Origin: Anthoceros angustus
Lineage: Eukaryota > Plantae > Anthocerotophyta
DNA length: 64,000 nucleotides
Direction: 5' to 3'
Assembly: GCA_010909165.1 (NCBI GenBank)
Contig: MU008199.1
Location: 328,248-392,247 of the forward strand
Below the pieces are notes generated by a model that saw nothing but the letters and a program-made list of their open reading frames with translations, was not told where the DNA came from and did not search any database. Within the stretch, counting starts at the first letter, position 1, and each line of letters begins with the position of its first letter. Below are positions 1 to 12,100 of this stretch, piece by piece. The position numbers and the translations under genes are program-made.

Positions 1-421
1 ACGTAACGCAACTGAAATTGGTGGTGAAGCCATTAAAGGAAGGTGGGCTTTGAGGGTATGTTGAGGTAGCTTGCCGGGGCTTGACGTCTTAGTCGACGTG
101 TTTCAAGAAAAAGGATCAAATTGTCTGGTCAAGATATGTGCCAAGGCAGCCTAGCTGATCACAGTGGGAAAACGCCGGGAGACATGCTTCAGTAGCAGTG
201 ATAGAACAGCGATATCGATCATGCTGTCCGCGACACCAGATCAGGGCAGGGGCGTAAGCATAACGCTGCCGAACTTGGCAGCTGCAGTGATCGAAAGTGT
301 TATCCACTCACAGATCCTGTTACGGCCTCTAGCTATCCCCTTTCCCTTCACATCTTGACGCTTGTGAATGTTCCTCCGCCGTCAGGTGCCACTTGGTCCG
401 ACTCCTCGAGGGGAATAAATG

Positions 422-1272
422 CTTGGAGCAATGTAAGAACGGACGTTTGTGCACGGATCTGAAATGTCTTGTACGTGTAATATCAAGTCCACCAGGGACT
501 GGTCCGTTCTCACGGGACTAAATCAACTTGGTTAATGACATTGGTATTCCAGGTCAAAATTGCTCAAGAAAACACCTTCCAAAGTTTGGATGGCCCACGA
601 AGGCATGATGAATATTTATGATGCGAAATGATACACATGTTCGACCCCAAAAGGGCCAGCCGACCAGCCATCTTTGGGCACTGTAAAGTAATCATATCTT
701 ATGATAATTTTACAATTTTATTTAATTATTAAAATAAAATTAAAATATAATGTGATGACGAAAACTTTCTCACAAGTGGAGGAGGATACAAGAGGGAGGA
801 TGCAGGAAGGAGGGAGGGATGGCGGGTGGAAATGATTGGGGAGGATGCCTTGGAGCAATGTAAGAACGGACGTTTGTGCACGGATCTGAAATGTCTTGTA
901 CGTGTAATATCAAGTCCACCAGGGACTGGTCCGTTCTCACGGGACTAAATCAACTTGGTTAATGACATTGGTATTCCAGGTCAAAATTGCTCAAGAAAAC
1001 ACCTTCCAAAGTTTGGATGGCCCACGAAGGCATGATGAATATTTATGATGCGAAATGATACACATGTTCGACCCCAAAAGGCCAGCCGACCAGCCATCTT
1101 TGGGCACTGTAAAGTAATCATATCTTATGATAATTTTACAATTTTTAATTATTAAAATAAAATTAAAATATAATGTGATGACGAAAACTTTCTCACAAGT
1201 GGAGGAGGATACAAGAGGGAGGATGCAGGAAGGAGGGAGGGATGGCGGGTGGAAATGATTGGGGGAGGATGC
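422..1272. repeat. ~427-bp near-identical direct tandem duplication
   Basis: CTTGGAGCAATGTAAGAACGGACG starts at 422 and again at 849. The copies stay colinear through the AT-rich and GGA-rich parts, differing mainly in homopolymer length. Confidence 0.92.
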
Positions 1273-1477
1273 CGGAGCAATGCCGGGTGGAAATGATTGG
1301 GGGAGGATGTAGGAGGATGCGGGAGGGAGTGATGGCAGGTTGGAGTGATTGTGGGAGGATATAGGAGGTGCAGGAGGGAGCGGTGACAGATGCGGGAGAA
1401 GGGGAAGAGTATTGTGGGTGCCAAAATATGACTAATCAATCATCAGATATGGGGGTTGTTGATGTGGGTGTAGGCAA

Positions 1478-1764
1478 AGAGTATTGTGAATTCTAAAATA
1501 TGAATGATCAATCATCCAATATGGGTTTTTGAAGAGTATTGCGAGTGCTAAAATTTGAATGATCAAATCATCGGATATGGGTTCTTGAAGAGTATTGTGA
1601 GTGCTAAAATTTGAATCGATCGTTTCATATTTCTTCCCGAAGTTTGGAAGTGTTGGAATTCTTGGAGACATGTGGCCAGGCTCTTTGCACCTTCCTTTTC
1701 TTCCCGAAGTTTGGAAGTGTTGGAATTCTTGGAGACATGTGACCAGGCTCTTTGCACCTTCCTT
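1478..1764. repeat. Short tandem repeats (~57-bp degenerate x3, then 68-bp x2)
   Basis: GAGTATTG(T/C)GAGTGCTAAAATTTGAAT-like units recur at 1478-1618. TTCTTCCCGAAGTTTGGAAGTGTTGG...CACCTTCCTT occurs at ~1630 and ~1698. Confidence 0.8.
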
Positions 1765-2239
1765 CTGTCCTCATGAGCGGTCATATTTGATATGCATATT
1801 TGATATGCCCACCACTGACTTCCAAAATTAGTTGCTTTTTGTTTTTTAATTTTAGCATCATACGATATATTTTCCAATCCTTTACAATCCCTTTGTATCT
1901 TAATTTACATCTGATTTTAGAATTATTAAAATAATAGTTCTCGAATCCACGAGGTAGCGATTGTTTGAGCAAATTACCGTCTTCAATAGCCCAATATTTC
2001 GTGGCTTTATTCTTCAGTGGCCCTATACCACCGCTCGCTACTCGCAGCTCTGGGCTAGGTCCCGCAGCCTGCCTCCCTTCCGCATCGTCGATGCTTGAGT
2101 TTCAACTTCAAGATCGTCTGTGTGATACACTAACTGTTGATATAGATACACTCACTGAACTATTTGCTAGTTTATCTTACAAAAAAAACCCGAACTAGCT
2201 TAGTCCCCGTGACAAATATCGGTTGTGACAACTAGCAAT

Positions 2240-2333
2240 TTTCCGCCAGGTACTCCGGATTCTTGCAGTCGGGAATGTTTGGTTTTGCATGCCATTCAAC
2301 AGGAGCTGCAGAATATGTAATGTTTTTTCAGGA
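2240..2333 (+). pseudogene. Small fragment (exon end plus intron) of the CRTAC1-like gene
   Basis: TTTCCGCCAGGTACTCCGGATTCTTGCAGT...TGGTTTTGCATGCCATTCA...TGTTTTTTCAGGA matches 28502-28593. Confidence 0.75.
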
Positions 2334-2470
2334 GCTGCTGTGGACTGATAATTCGTATCATCAGCTTAGCAGAGTCCGATGTCATCCAGCCAGCTCCAAC
2401 TGGGCGCCTGCTGATCCTTCTCCCAACACCCAGATGTAACAATCCACCTGCTGGACACATTCCATCTTTC

Positions 2471-5022
2471 TCACGGTTCACCGCAACTGCAAGAACCAGC
2501 TGTGAATCGATGCACGCAGTGCATCCCTCACCACGATGTCCTCTTTTCAACCCTTGACATGATTGCAGTGGAAGTGTGGCAGTCACTACACATGCGGAGA
2601 TTCTTCGCTACCAGCAGAGGTGTGCCGCTCGGAGTTTTCAAGAGGCCGTACGCCAGAGCTAGCTTCTCAGCATGCCCACAAAGTGCATCCTCCTTTTCTT
2701 CTCAGACAATGGCTTCAACACCAATTTTGTGTGTGGTACATGGCCCCTTCCTGCTTCAGACGTCCATTCACACTCTCTACCTTGAGAAATATCGTCCCTG
2801 TTTTCTCCTACCACAAATGTATGTATTTCCTCCTCTACCTCAATGCCTGCCACTGCAGGTTTCTTCTTAGCTCCTGCTGTCATTCTCTGTCTCTCAATCC
2901 TCTCTACATCTGTCCACCTCCCAGCATCTGCATACCCATTGGCCATGAGCACATATGCAGATGCACTTGAGGGTCAAGTCTAACAAGACTTTCAAAACAC
3001 CGTGTCGCCTCTCCATATCCCGTGACTTTGCAGGCATTCAGCAACCAACCCCACAACATTGTTTTGACTCTCACAAGATAATAGCATGCTCTCTGCCTCA
3101 TCTAAGTGGCCTGCACGCCCCAGAAGATCAATCATACAGTTGTAATGCTGAAGAGTAGGTTTCATGCCATGCTGTTCAACCATAACATCGGTGCTTGCGC
3201 CTCGTACACCAGTCCCTCATGCCCACATGCTACAAAAGACAAGTAAAAGTAGCATCATCGGGCTGAATACCAGCCACCAACATCTCCTCAACAAGCTAGT
3301 GCTTTCCTACCTCCATCACAACTACCATAACCAGCTATCAGGGCATTCCATGTCACAACGTCCTTAGTGGCCAAGCTGTCAAAACCCGGCGTGCATCCTC
3401 CAATTCGCCACATTTTGCATACATGTCCACCAGGCCAGTGCCCACCAGTGCGTTATCTAGCTGTCCTCTTTCCACAATCTGTGAGTGGAGCTGCCTGCCC
3501 GCTGCAAGGCACCAGCGCCAGCACAGGCCTTCAAAGGCAAGCATAAGTAACATGGTTACCCAAAATCAGGCCCTCTTGCTCCATTTGTCTATAGAGAACC
3601 AGCGCCTCTTGATCGAGGCCTTGGTTTGCATACCCTGCTATCAGGGCAGTCCATATCACAACATCCTTTGTGGCCAAGCTGTCAAAAACTACGCTGTCTT
3701 CCATTTCACCACATTTTGCGTACATGTCCACCAGGCAGGTGCGCACCAGTGTGTTATCTAGTTCTCTTCTTTCCACAATCTCTGAGTGCAGCTGCCTGCC
3801 TTTCTGCAAATCACCAGCGCACAGGCCTTCAGAAGGCAAGACACAGTAACAGGGTTAGCCAAAATCCGATCCTCTTGCCCCATTCGTTCATACAGTCCAA
3901 AACCTCATCACTGAGCCCATGATTTACATAACCAGCTATGAGAGCATTCCACGTCACCACATTTTTTGTGGTCAAGCTGTCAAATACACGCCGTGCATCT
4001 TTCAGTTGTCCACATTTTGCATACATGTCCACCAGGCAGCTGCCAACAAACAAGTTAGGAGAAAGGCCACTGTGCAAGACATCATAGTGCACTTTCCTGC
4101 CAGATTCCAGGTCGGCGGCAAATGCGCAAGCTTGAAGCGCAGCTAAAGACATGAGCATCCGGCTTCACCACTGAGCTACGCATCTCGTGGTACAGTCGTA
4201 TGGCCTCATTAGGTTTCCATGCTTAGCATGGGCAGAGATTATGGAAAACCACATGAAGGCATCTGGTTTGCCCACCCTGGTGAACACATCCATGGCCAAT
4301 TGTAACTCACCTACACCTGCATACATCCGCAATATGGTTCCCCAAGTACGTATTCGACTCGTATCCCAGATTGATAATGAGATCATGAACCCGTCGCCCC
4401 ACAACCAGATTCTTCTTAGCCGCGCACAGTTTCAGTATAGCATAAAACAGAGACTGAGAAACAGGACAGTCCCCTGCGCCAGAAATTCCAGGGCGGCGAC
4501 GGCCTCACTGAGCTTCCCTTGCTCACATAACGTGCTCACGGTTTCAGGAGTTATGCCCATGTCGGATCCTGCAGGCCTGCCAGGCTCGGGCTTACCCGAA
4601 ACGCTCGACTTCGACGTAGAGGCACCATGCCCCATCCGCATGTCCAAAGCAACGAGCTGCTCATCCACCCAAGCTGGATTGGAGGAGTTGTCTAACCAGA
4701 GGACCTCACCAGACCCCTCACGGCGGAAGTCAGGCGAACGGGAGCTCTTCTTATCTCGCCTGTTATCCCACCACATGGTAGGGTGAAGAAAAAACTCTCG
4801 CCACAAGCGCTCCAGCTCCTGGCGACGATCGTCGCTGGATAATGCCTCCCCAGCCATGTATTTCCTCCGCAGTGCTGAGTTCATCACCCTCCTCCACCTC
4901 GAGGCTTCGTTGCTTGCCAGCGGCTGCCTGCTGAAAGTGCGGCGTGCGGAGCTCTGATAGACTCCCCGCACACCACCAATTGGTTGAGTCCATAACGGAT
5001 CCGGTTGCCATATGGTGGTCAT
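2471..5022 (-). CDS. PDF-motif + PLS-PPR-E-DYW:KP protein, copy 1 (C-terminus ...CSCGEP); frameshifted, either pseudogene or sequencing errors
   Basis: ATG at 5022 (MTTIWQPDPLW). Contains LWREFFLHPTMWWDNR..PDF, PLS repeats (CLVDMYAKCG, VVTWNALIAGY), AKKKPAVAGIEV, DALCGHAEKLA, NLRMCSDCH and VHRFTAGSCSCGEP-stop at 2471-2473. Multiple small indels. Confidence 0.9.
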
Positions 5023-5556
5023 GTCAGGCACCGCTGTTGGGAGACGAGACGCACAAACTTTGCAGTACCAGGCTTCCTAGCTATGTGCTGTGCACCACCA
5101 ATAAAATGCAGCGGCCACACATGCTTAGCAAAGGCAGCGTACCACCGTCCGACGTACAACAAGCACGTGCACGTCCTCAGATCTATGCAAACCAGCCAAA
5201 TTGTGATCGTCTCCACCTCGTGCCCGCACCCGCGCTCATAGTATGGGCCCATTACCTATTGCCAAACAAAGGTCGTGGATCGCTTACGATTCCGCCTTCT
5301 GGGAACCCCTTCGGACTCCTAGTTCATGTCTACTGCAGCGTGCACTCCTCTCTCGGACACACCAAAGCAAGTCGGTTGAAAGTTGGACAAATTCGGTAAC
5401 GTTTTAAAAAGTGATGGACCGAATTTCCGCTCATGATCCATGGCTCCGTTCAAGAAATCCGTTCATACGATCGGCATACCGTAGGCTTATTACAGACCAC
5501 AAAAATAATTATTATTTTAATATTATAATTAAATAATATTTAAACTATTTAAATTC

Positions 5557-5642
5557 CTGATTAATTTCCATCAGATTGCTGATTAATGTCCATCAGATTG
5601 CTGATTAATTTCCATCAGATTGCTAATTAATTTCCATCAAAT
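5557..5642. repeat. 22-bp tandem repeat x~4
   Basis: Unit CTGATTAATTTCCATCAGATTG at 5557, 5579, 5601 and 5623. Confidence 0.88.
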
Positions 5643-5761
5643 CGTGGTCTACTCTACAGCTCCGGTTCCAGAAATTTGCATATACATATAAGCTAGGTAC
5701 ATGTTTAGGACTTTGAGGCATGCACTTCGGACCAAGGAGACCTGGGGTAATGCTTGCGTTC

Positions 5762-5885
5762 ACCCAACAACTAGAGGTAGCGGAAAATGGAATCCAAGGC
5801 GTGTTGGGAGCCGCTTGTAAGTGTGTTGACTTTGCAGGGAGGTTACTTTGCAGAAATGATCGACAGACATGGCATCACTCTAACA
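5762..5885 (+). pseudogene. PPR-gene debris: copy of the 3' flank of PPR copy 2 plus an L2-like motif remnant
   Basis: CCAACAACTAGAGGTAGCGGAAAATGGAATCCAAGGCGTGTTGG resembles ~11254-11307. It is followed by a YFAEMIDRHGITLT-like frame. Confidence 0.55.
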
Positions 5886-7146
5886 AAATGGAGAATTGAT
5901 TTCATAAAGGTGATTTTACCATCTTTCCTCATGTTCCATCTGCTTAATTGATGGGAGTAATAGGCTTGTGACCAAGACTCTGAAATCTTTCGTCAACCGA
6001 TGGTAAGAGATGGTAGAGGAAGTTCGAGAGCATGTTGTGCACATGGTGTCGACTTTTACTTCGGTTAGGATTTTGCTATTTAGTTAGCTTTTCCCGTATA
6101 CAACGTTAATTATGCTCAGGGTTTATTGTGAGCTTGTTTTTTTTTTTGAAATATAAATTTTGAGTATTTTCGCTAAAATATATGAAACTATGTCTCCTCT
6201 AAACACTTCCTTTCTTTTCTTTCAGCGTAATGCATTCATTCGACAATATACTAATGCCACCAGTTTCATCCACAGCTGTAAATGGTCAAAGATGGCATTG
6301 CAAGGCAGACACTTCAACAGTGACAGTCAATAGAAAATCAGCTCCACAAGACCTCCCACTTTCACAGTTTTATGGCGAACCCAATTCATCTGGAATGAAG
6401 ACGGGCATAAATGCAACTCCACAGCAAATGAACGACAAACATGAGGGTTAATATCCTAAATAGTTTCTTTATGGAGTAAAGTAATAGTTATGATCTTCTA
6501 ACTAATTTACTATGTTCCATAAATATTATAAGTCCTTTCAAAGAAGCCATTTACAACCGTCCATATGAAGATCTTCTTAGACATGCTAGATGTTCTTAAA
6601 ACCATTTGCAAAGTAAGCAAAGGCCACAAGTAAAGATTACATTGTCCAAAAATATGATATATTATTATGACACATTTTAAATACAAATGTAGTGCAAACA
6701 AGTACAACCAATAAACAAGGCGGATTTGGTGGCAAGTCCACCAATGGAGACGGGCCCAAAAGCCTAGATGATGCAAGTGCAAAAATTCAAGATGAGTAAA
6801 TGATACGTGGAGGCCAAGTGGACTAGTGACATCATTCATGAGGAGTCCGTGGATAGACAGCGGGCATTAACGAGGACTGGGCAAGGAATATATATGGTAG
6901 AAGACACACACGGAAGGAAGATTTTATTGAGGTGAAAACAATGGAAAAGCCCATCTAGGAGGGGACAACCAAAGGGACAAGGGGTCGAGGTGAAGAGGAG
7001 CATCCGAGCTCCCTACCCTGATCGCACCCACAATGTCATATGCAGGAAGAATAAACCTGCAATGGAGTATCTTTGTGAGGGTACACGGCATGGTAGTTAA
7101 CCTAGGACCTCCCAACCACATAACTGAGCCTAAAATTTCAATGTGA

Positions 7147-7247
7147 TGTAATACTATAGGTATAACATTTTTCAACATGGTTCATGTAATACTATAGATA
7201 TAATATTTTTCAAAATGGGTTCATGTAATACTATAGATATAACATTT
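7147..7247. repeat. ~38-bp AT-rich tandem repeat x3
   Basis: TGTAATACTATAG(G/A)TATAA(C/T)ATTT recurs three times. Confidence 0.75.
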
Positions 7248-7384
7248 GATGTTACGTTTAAGAAGGCCCAGTCCCACTTCCAGGAGTGTGTCGTGGACAA
7301 AAAAATGCAATATAGGATAACAAAAATTAAACTTCTTCTTCTAGGCAGCAAGCAATAGATGTGGTCCTTGTTATCTTTCCATGC

Positions 7385-7480
7385 CGATCAGTCAAAGCCG
7401 GGCCCTCCGGCTCCATTTGTCCATACAGTCGAGAAAAAGCTGTAAAAAAACCTCTCTGCATTTTCCAGTTCCCCATATTC
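7385..7480 (-). pseudogene. PPR motif remnant
   Basis: Reads YGELENAERFF.. and LYGQMEPEGPALTD, similar to the S and P motifs of the neighbouring PPR genes. Confidence 0.55.
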
Positions 7481-8006
7481 CGCATTCTCCGGAGCCGTCC
7501 TCTCGTCCTGGTTTGGATCAGAATGTCACAGACGCGCGCGCCTTGGATCCCCTCAACCAGTTGCTGGAGATTCTCACACCCAGTAGCCACGGTTTCTCCG
7601 AGCTCTTCGGTTGCAGCCAGTCGATTCCCAGATCTTCACTAGCCACAGATCACAACAAAAACGGTCGGATCATTCAGAGCAGGTTGCGGGAGGGACGGAT
7701 GGCCGGGACGGGGCGGGCGGGAACAGGCTACATATTTTGAAACACCGTACGCACACGACGCACTTTCCCTAACGGATTTGCCAACCGAATGTTCTTAACC
7801 CTCACCACATTCTTCACCGCCCCGTTCGACGGGACGAGCTTGATTCTATGGTGGCCATGGCCCATGTGCATGGGAACGTGGGGGGGCGATGGCCTGCCAC
7901 GGCCGTGCAATACGGCGAGTGGCAGGCCTAAATGGTCTTCGGGGATTGATAGGAATGCTTCCGAGAGCGGTGCCTGCGACATGACCACAGGATGGCATTT
8001 TGTGAC

Positions 8007-11000
8007 ATGGCCACAGTATGGCAACCGGATCCGTCATGGACCCAACCAATTGGTGGGTGTGCAGGGAGTCCACCAGGAGCTCGCGCACGCCTCACTTTCA
8101 GCAGACAGCCGCTGGCAAACAACGAAGCCTCGAGGTGGAGCAGGGTAATGAGCTCAGCACTGCGGAGGAAATACATGGCTGGGGAGGCATTCTCCAGCGA
8201 CGATCGTCGCCAGGAGCTGGAGCGCTTGTGGCGAGAGTTTTTTCTTCACCCTACCATGTGGTGGGATAACAGGCGAGATAAGAAGAGCTCGCGTTCGCCT
8301 GACTTCCGCCGCGAGGGGTCTGGTGAGGTCCTCTGGTTAGACAACCTCCAATCCAGCTTGGGTGGGTGAGCAGCTCGTTGCTTTGGACAGGCGGATGGGC
8401 CATGGTGCTTCTACGTCGAAGTCGAGCTTTTTGGGTAGGCCCGAGCCTGGCAGGCCTGCAGGATACGACATGGGCATAACTCCTGAAACCGTGAGCACGT
8501 TATGTGAGCAAGGGAAGCTCAGTGAGGCCGTCGCCGCCCTGGAATTTCTGGCGCAGGGGGCCTGTCCTGTCTCTCAGTCTCTGTTTTATGCTGTACTGAA
8601 ACTGTGCCAGAAAAAGAATCTGGTTCTGGGGCGACGAGTTCATGATCTAACTATCAATCTGGGATACGAGTTAAATACGTACTTGGGGAACCATATATTG
8701 CGGATGTATGCAGGTGCAGGTGAGTTACAATTGGCCATGGATGTGTTCACCAGGGTGGGCAAACCAGATGCCTTCATGTGGTTTTCCATAATCTCTGCAT
8801 ATGCTAAGCATGGGAATCCTAATGAGGCAATACAACTGTACCACGAGATGCATAGGTCAGGGGTGAAGCCAGATGGTCACGTCTTTGTAGCTGCCCTTCA
8901 AGCTTGTGCATTTGCCAATGACTTGGAATCTGGCAGAACTGTGCACTCTGATTTCTTGCGCAGTGGAATTCCTCTGAACTTGTTTCTAGGCAGCTGCCTG
9001 GTTGACATGTATGCAAAATGTGGCGAACTGGAATATGCACGGCAGGTATTTGACAGCTTGCCCACAAAAAATGTTGTTACATGGAATGCTCTCATAGCTG
9101 GGTATGCAAATCATAGGCTCTTTCAAGAGGCGTTTATTCTGTATAGAGAAATGGAGCAAGAGGGCCTGGTTCTGGCTGATAATGTTACTTTTGCTTGCCT
9201 TCTGAAGGCCTGTGCAAGCTCTTGTGCTTTTAGTAGAGGCAGGCAGCTGCACTCACAGATTTTGGAAAGAGGGCACCTAGAAAGTGACATATTGTTGGGC
9301 AACTGCCTAGTGGACATGTATGCGAAATGTGGCGAACTGGAAGTTGCACACATGGTTTTTGAGAGCTTGGCCACTAAGGATGTCGTCACATGGACCTCCT
9401 TAGCTGGCTGGGTATGCAAATCATGGGCTTTTTCAAGAAGCACTTCTTCTATATGGACAAATGGAGCAAGAGGGCTTGAGTTTGGGAAATCATATTACGT
9501 TTGCTTGCCTTCTTAAGGCCTGTGCAAGCGATGGTGCCTTAGAGAAGGGCAGGGAGTTGCACTCACAGATTGTGGAAAGGGGACTGCTAGATAACATACT
9601 GGTGGGCAACTGCCTGGTGGACATGTATGCTAAATGTGGCAAACTGGAAGATGCATGCAGGGTTTTTGACAGTTTGCCCAGAAAAAATGTGGCGACATGG
9701 ACGGCTCTAATAGCTGGCTATGCACAGCAGGGTCTCCCTCGAGAGGCTATTGGCCTGTATGGACAAATGGAGCAAGAGGGCCAGATCCTAGCTGACAGCG
9801 TTGCTTTTTCTTGCCTTTTGAGGGCATGTGCAAGTGCCGGTGCCTTGCAAGAGGGCAGGCACCTGCACTCTCAGATTCTGGAAAGAGGTCAGCTGCAAAG
9901 TGACATGCTGGTAGGAACTGCTTGGTAGACATGTATGCAAAATGGCGAACTCAAGATGCTCGCCAGGTCTTTGATAGCTTGGCCTTGAAAGATGTGGTGA
10001 CATGGACGACCCTTATAGCAGGGTATGCTCAGCAAGGGCCCTGTCAGGAGGCGTTGGTTCTGTATCGTCAAATGGAGCAGGAGGGGCTGATTCTGGCTGA
10101 CGCTGTTACTTTTCTTGCCTTTGAGGGTATGTGCAAGTGCTGGTGCCTTACAAGAGGGAAGAGAACTGCACTCACAGATTGTGGAAAGAGGTCAGTTAGA
10201 CAGTGACATACAATTGGGCACGTGCCTGGTGGACATGTATGCGAAATGTGGTGAATTAGAAGATGCACGTCGGGTGTTTGACAGTTTAGCATCAAGAGAT
10301 GTGGCGACATGGACGGCCCTGATATCTGGCTATGGTACTTGTGATGAAGGTCACAATGCCCTTGCCTGTTTTGAGGAGATGTTAGTTGCTGGTGTTCAGC
10401 CGGATGATTCTACTTTGACCTGCGTTTTGGTAGCATGTGGTCATGAGGGTTGGTGACTGAGGGTCGCACTTCAATGCCATGGAACAGCAGGGCATCAAAC
10501 CTAATATTCAGCATTACAATTGCATGATTGATCTTCTTGCACGAGCAGGCCATCTAGATGAGGCGGAGAACATGCTATCATCATGTGAGAGCGAAGGCAA
10601 TGTCGTGGGGTTGACGTCTTTGCTATATGCCTGCAAAAGTCATGGGGATATAGAGAGGGCAACCCGGTGCTTTGAAAGTCTTGTAAGACTGGACCCTCAG
10701 GGTGCATCCGCGTATATGCTTATGGCCAATGTGTATGCCGATGGTGGTAGGTGGACAGATGCAGAGAGGATTGAAAGACAGAGAATTATAGCTGGAGCCA
10801 AGAAGAAACCTGCAGTAGCAGGCATTGAGGTCAAGAAGGAGGTACATACGTTTGTGGTGGGAGAATACAGAGATGATATCTCGCTCAAGTTAGAGAGCAT
10901 GAGAGTATGTCTGAAGGAGGCAGGGGCCACGTACCGCAGACAAAGTTGGTTCTGAAGCCACTGTCTGAGAAGGAAAAGGAAGATGCGCTTTGTGGGCATG

Positions 11001-11203
11001 CTGAGAAGCTAGCTCTGGCATATGGTCTCTTGAATACTCCAAGTGGCACGTCTGCTGGTAACGAAGGATCTACGAATGTGCAGTGACTGCCACAGTTCCA
11101 CCGAAATCATGTCGAGGGTTGAAAAGCGAGATATTGTTGTAAGGGATGGTTACCGTGTGCATCGATTCGCAGCTGGTTGTTGCAGTTGTAAGGTCGACCG
11201 TAA
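8007..11203 (+). CDS. PDF-motif + PLS-PPR-E-DYW:KP protein, copy 2 (C-terminus ...CSCKGRP after indel correction); frameshifted
   Basis: ATG at 8007 (MATVWQPDPSW; in-frame ATG also at 7992). PDF motif at 8226-8376, six S motifs before P2-L2-S2, AKKKPAVAGIEV, DALCGHAEKLA and RMCSDCH. Ends AAGGTCGACCG-TAA, one G short of K-G-R-P-stop at 11201-11203. Confidence 0.9.
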
Positions 11204-11319
11204 AGTGAAGATCTAGACTGTGGACTTGAATCATGCATTTGGTACGAAGGTGACCAACAACCGAGAGGAAGCGGAAAATGGAATCAAGGCGTGTTGGCGG
11301 CCGCTTGCCTGACCGTCCA

Positions 11320-11431
11320 AGAAGGTCCACGATTTCCAGTGCTCGAGTGTGGGAGTGATGCCATGTCTGTCCGCCGTTGCGGTTAACTGCTTTCTGCCCT
11401 CTTGTGCCAGACCCACATGACTGCAGGCCAC
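11320..11431 (-). pseudogene. PPR L2/S2 motif remnant
   Basis: ACSHVGLAQEGRKQLTATADRHGITPTLEHW, a typical L2-S2 junction. Confidence 0.65.
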
Positions 11432-12100
11432 CAGTTGGGCTCAACGTATGGTGCCGCACCATTGTTTTGTTGGCCATAGCCAGCACAGTTTGCCCTATTC
11501 CTTTCACCTTTATCCGAGAAGAAGGTCTGAAATCTAAAATGTCTTCGGTATGTCTTGGGTCTTCCTCCGCGATGCTCAAAGGAATGCCAAATGCCTCGCC
11601 AACGCAACTCAAGACTTCGAGCTGAGTGTATGACAATGGACCCGGATCACTTTTAATCGTCCTTCCTTATCTGCCATCAAATACTGTGAATTGTAGCAAG
11701 CGTGAAACGTTCGTCAAGTGTTGTGCATATTTCCAATCCTCTGTGCTTGATCCTTCCCTTCCCAACCCACCTTATCCCTGATGGATTTCAAACCTGCACC
11801 CTCAAATGGAAGATTATCTTGTAGCCGTCTCACTCTTTTAGCGATGAGAACTCTACTGGGTTAGTGGAATGCTTTTGACAAGAAAATTCTTTGTAGCTGA
11901 CAAGGAATTCGGCAATGGGCCATTGCTGGGTTTGACGTTAGGGCTTGATCATGCAGTCTACACTCCAGTTGCTAAGGTTGCCGTCGTTTCCTAACGTCCC
12001 CTTTGTTGATGCGCAGTTGGCTAGCATCCTGGCGCGGCCATCCTGACAGGGTCTCCACAGTTGATTCTGCGTTTCATCTTTCAAGAGCTGTGGCTGTAAC

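Noticed and set aside
6490-7140. Possible solo LTR between PPR copies 1 and 2
   Set aside because: LTR-like composition only; TG..CA ends with a TSD could not be established.
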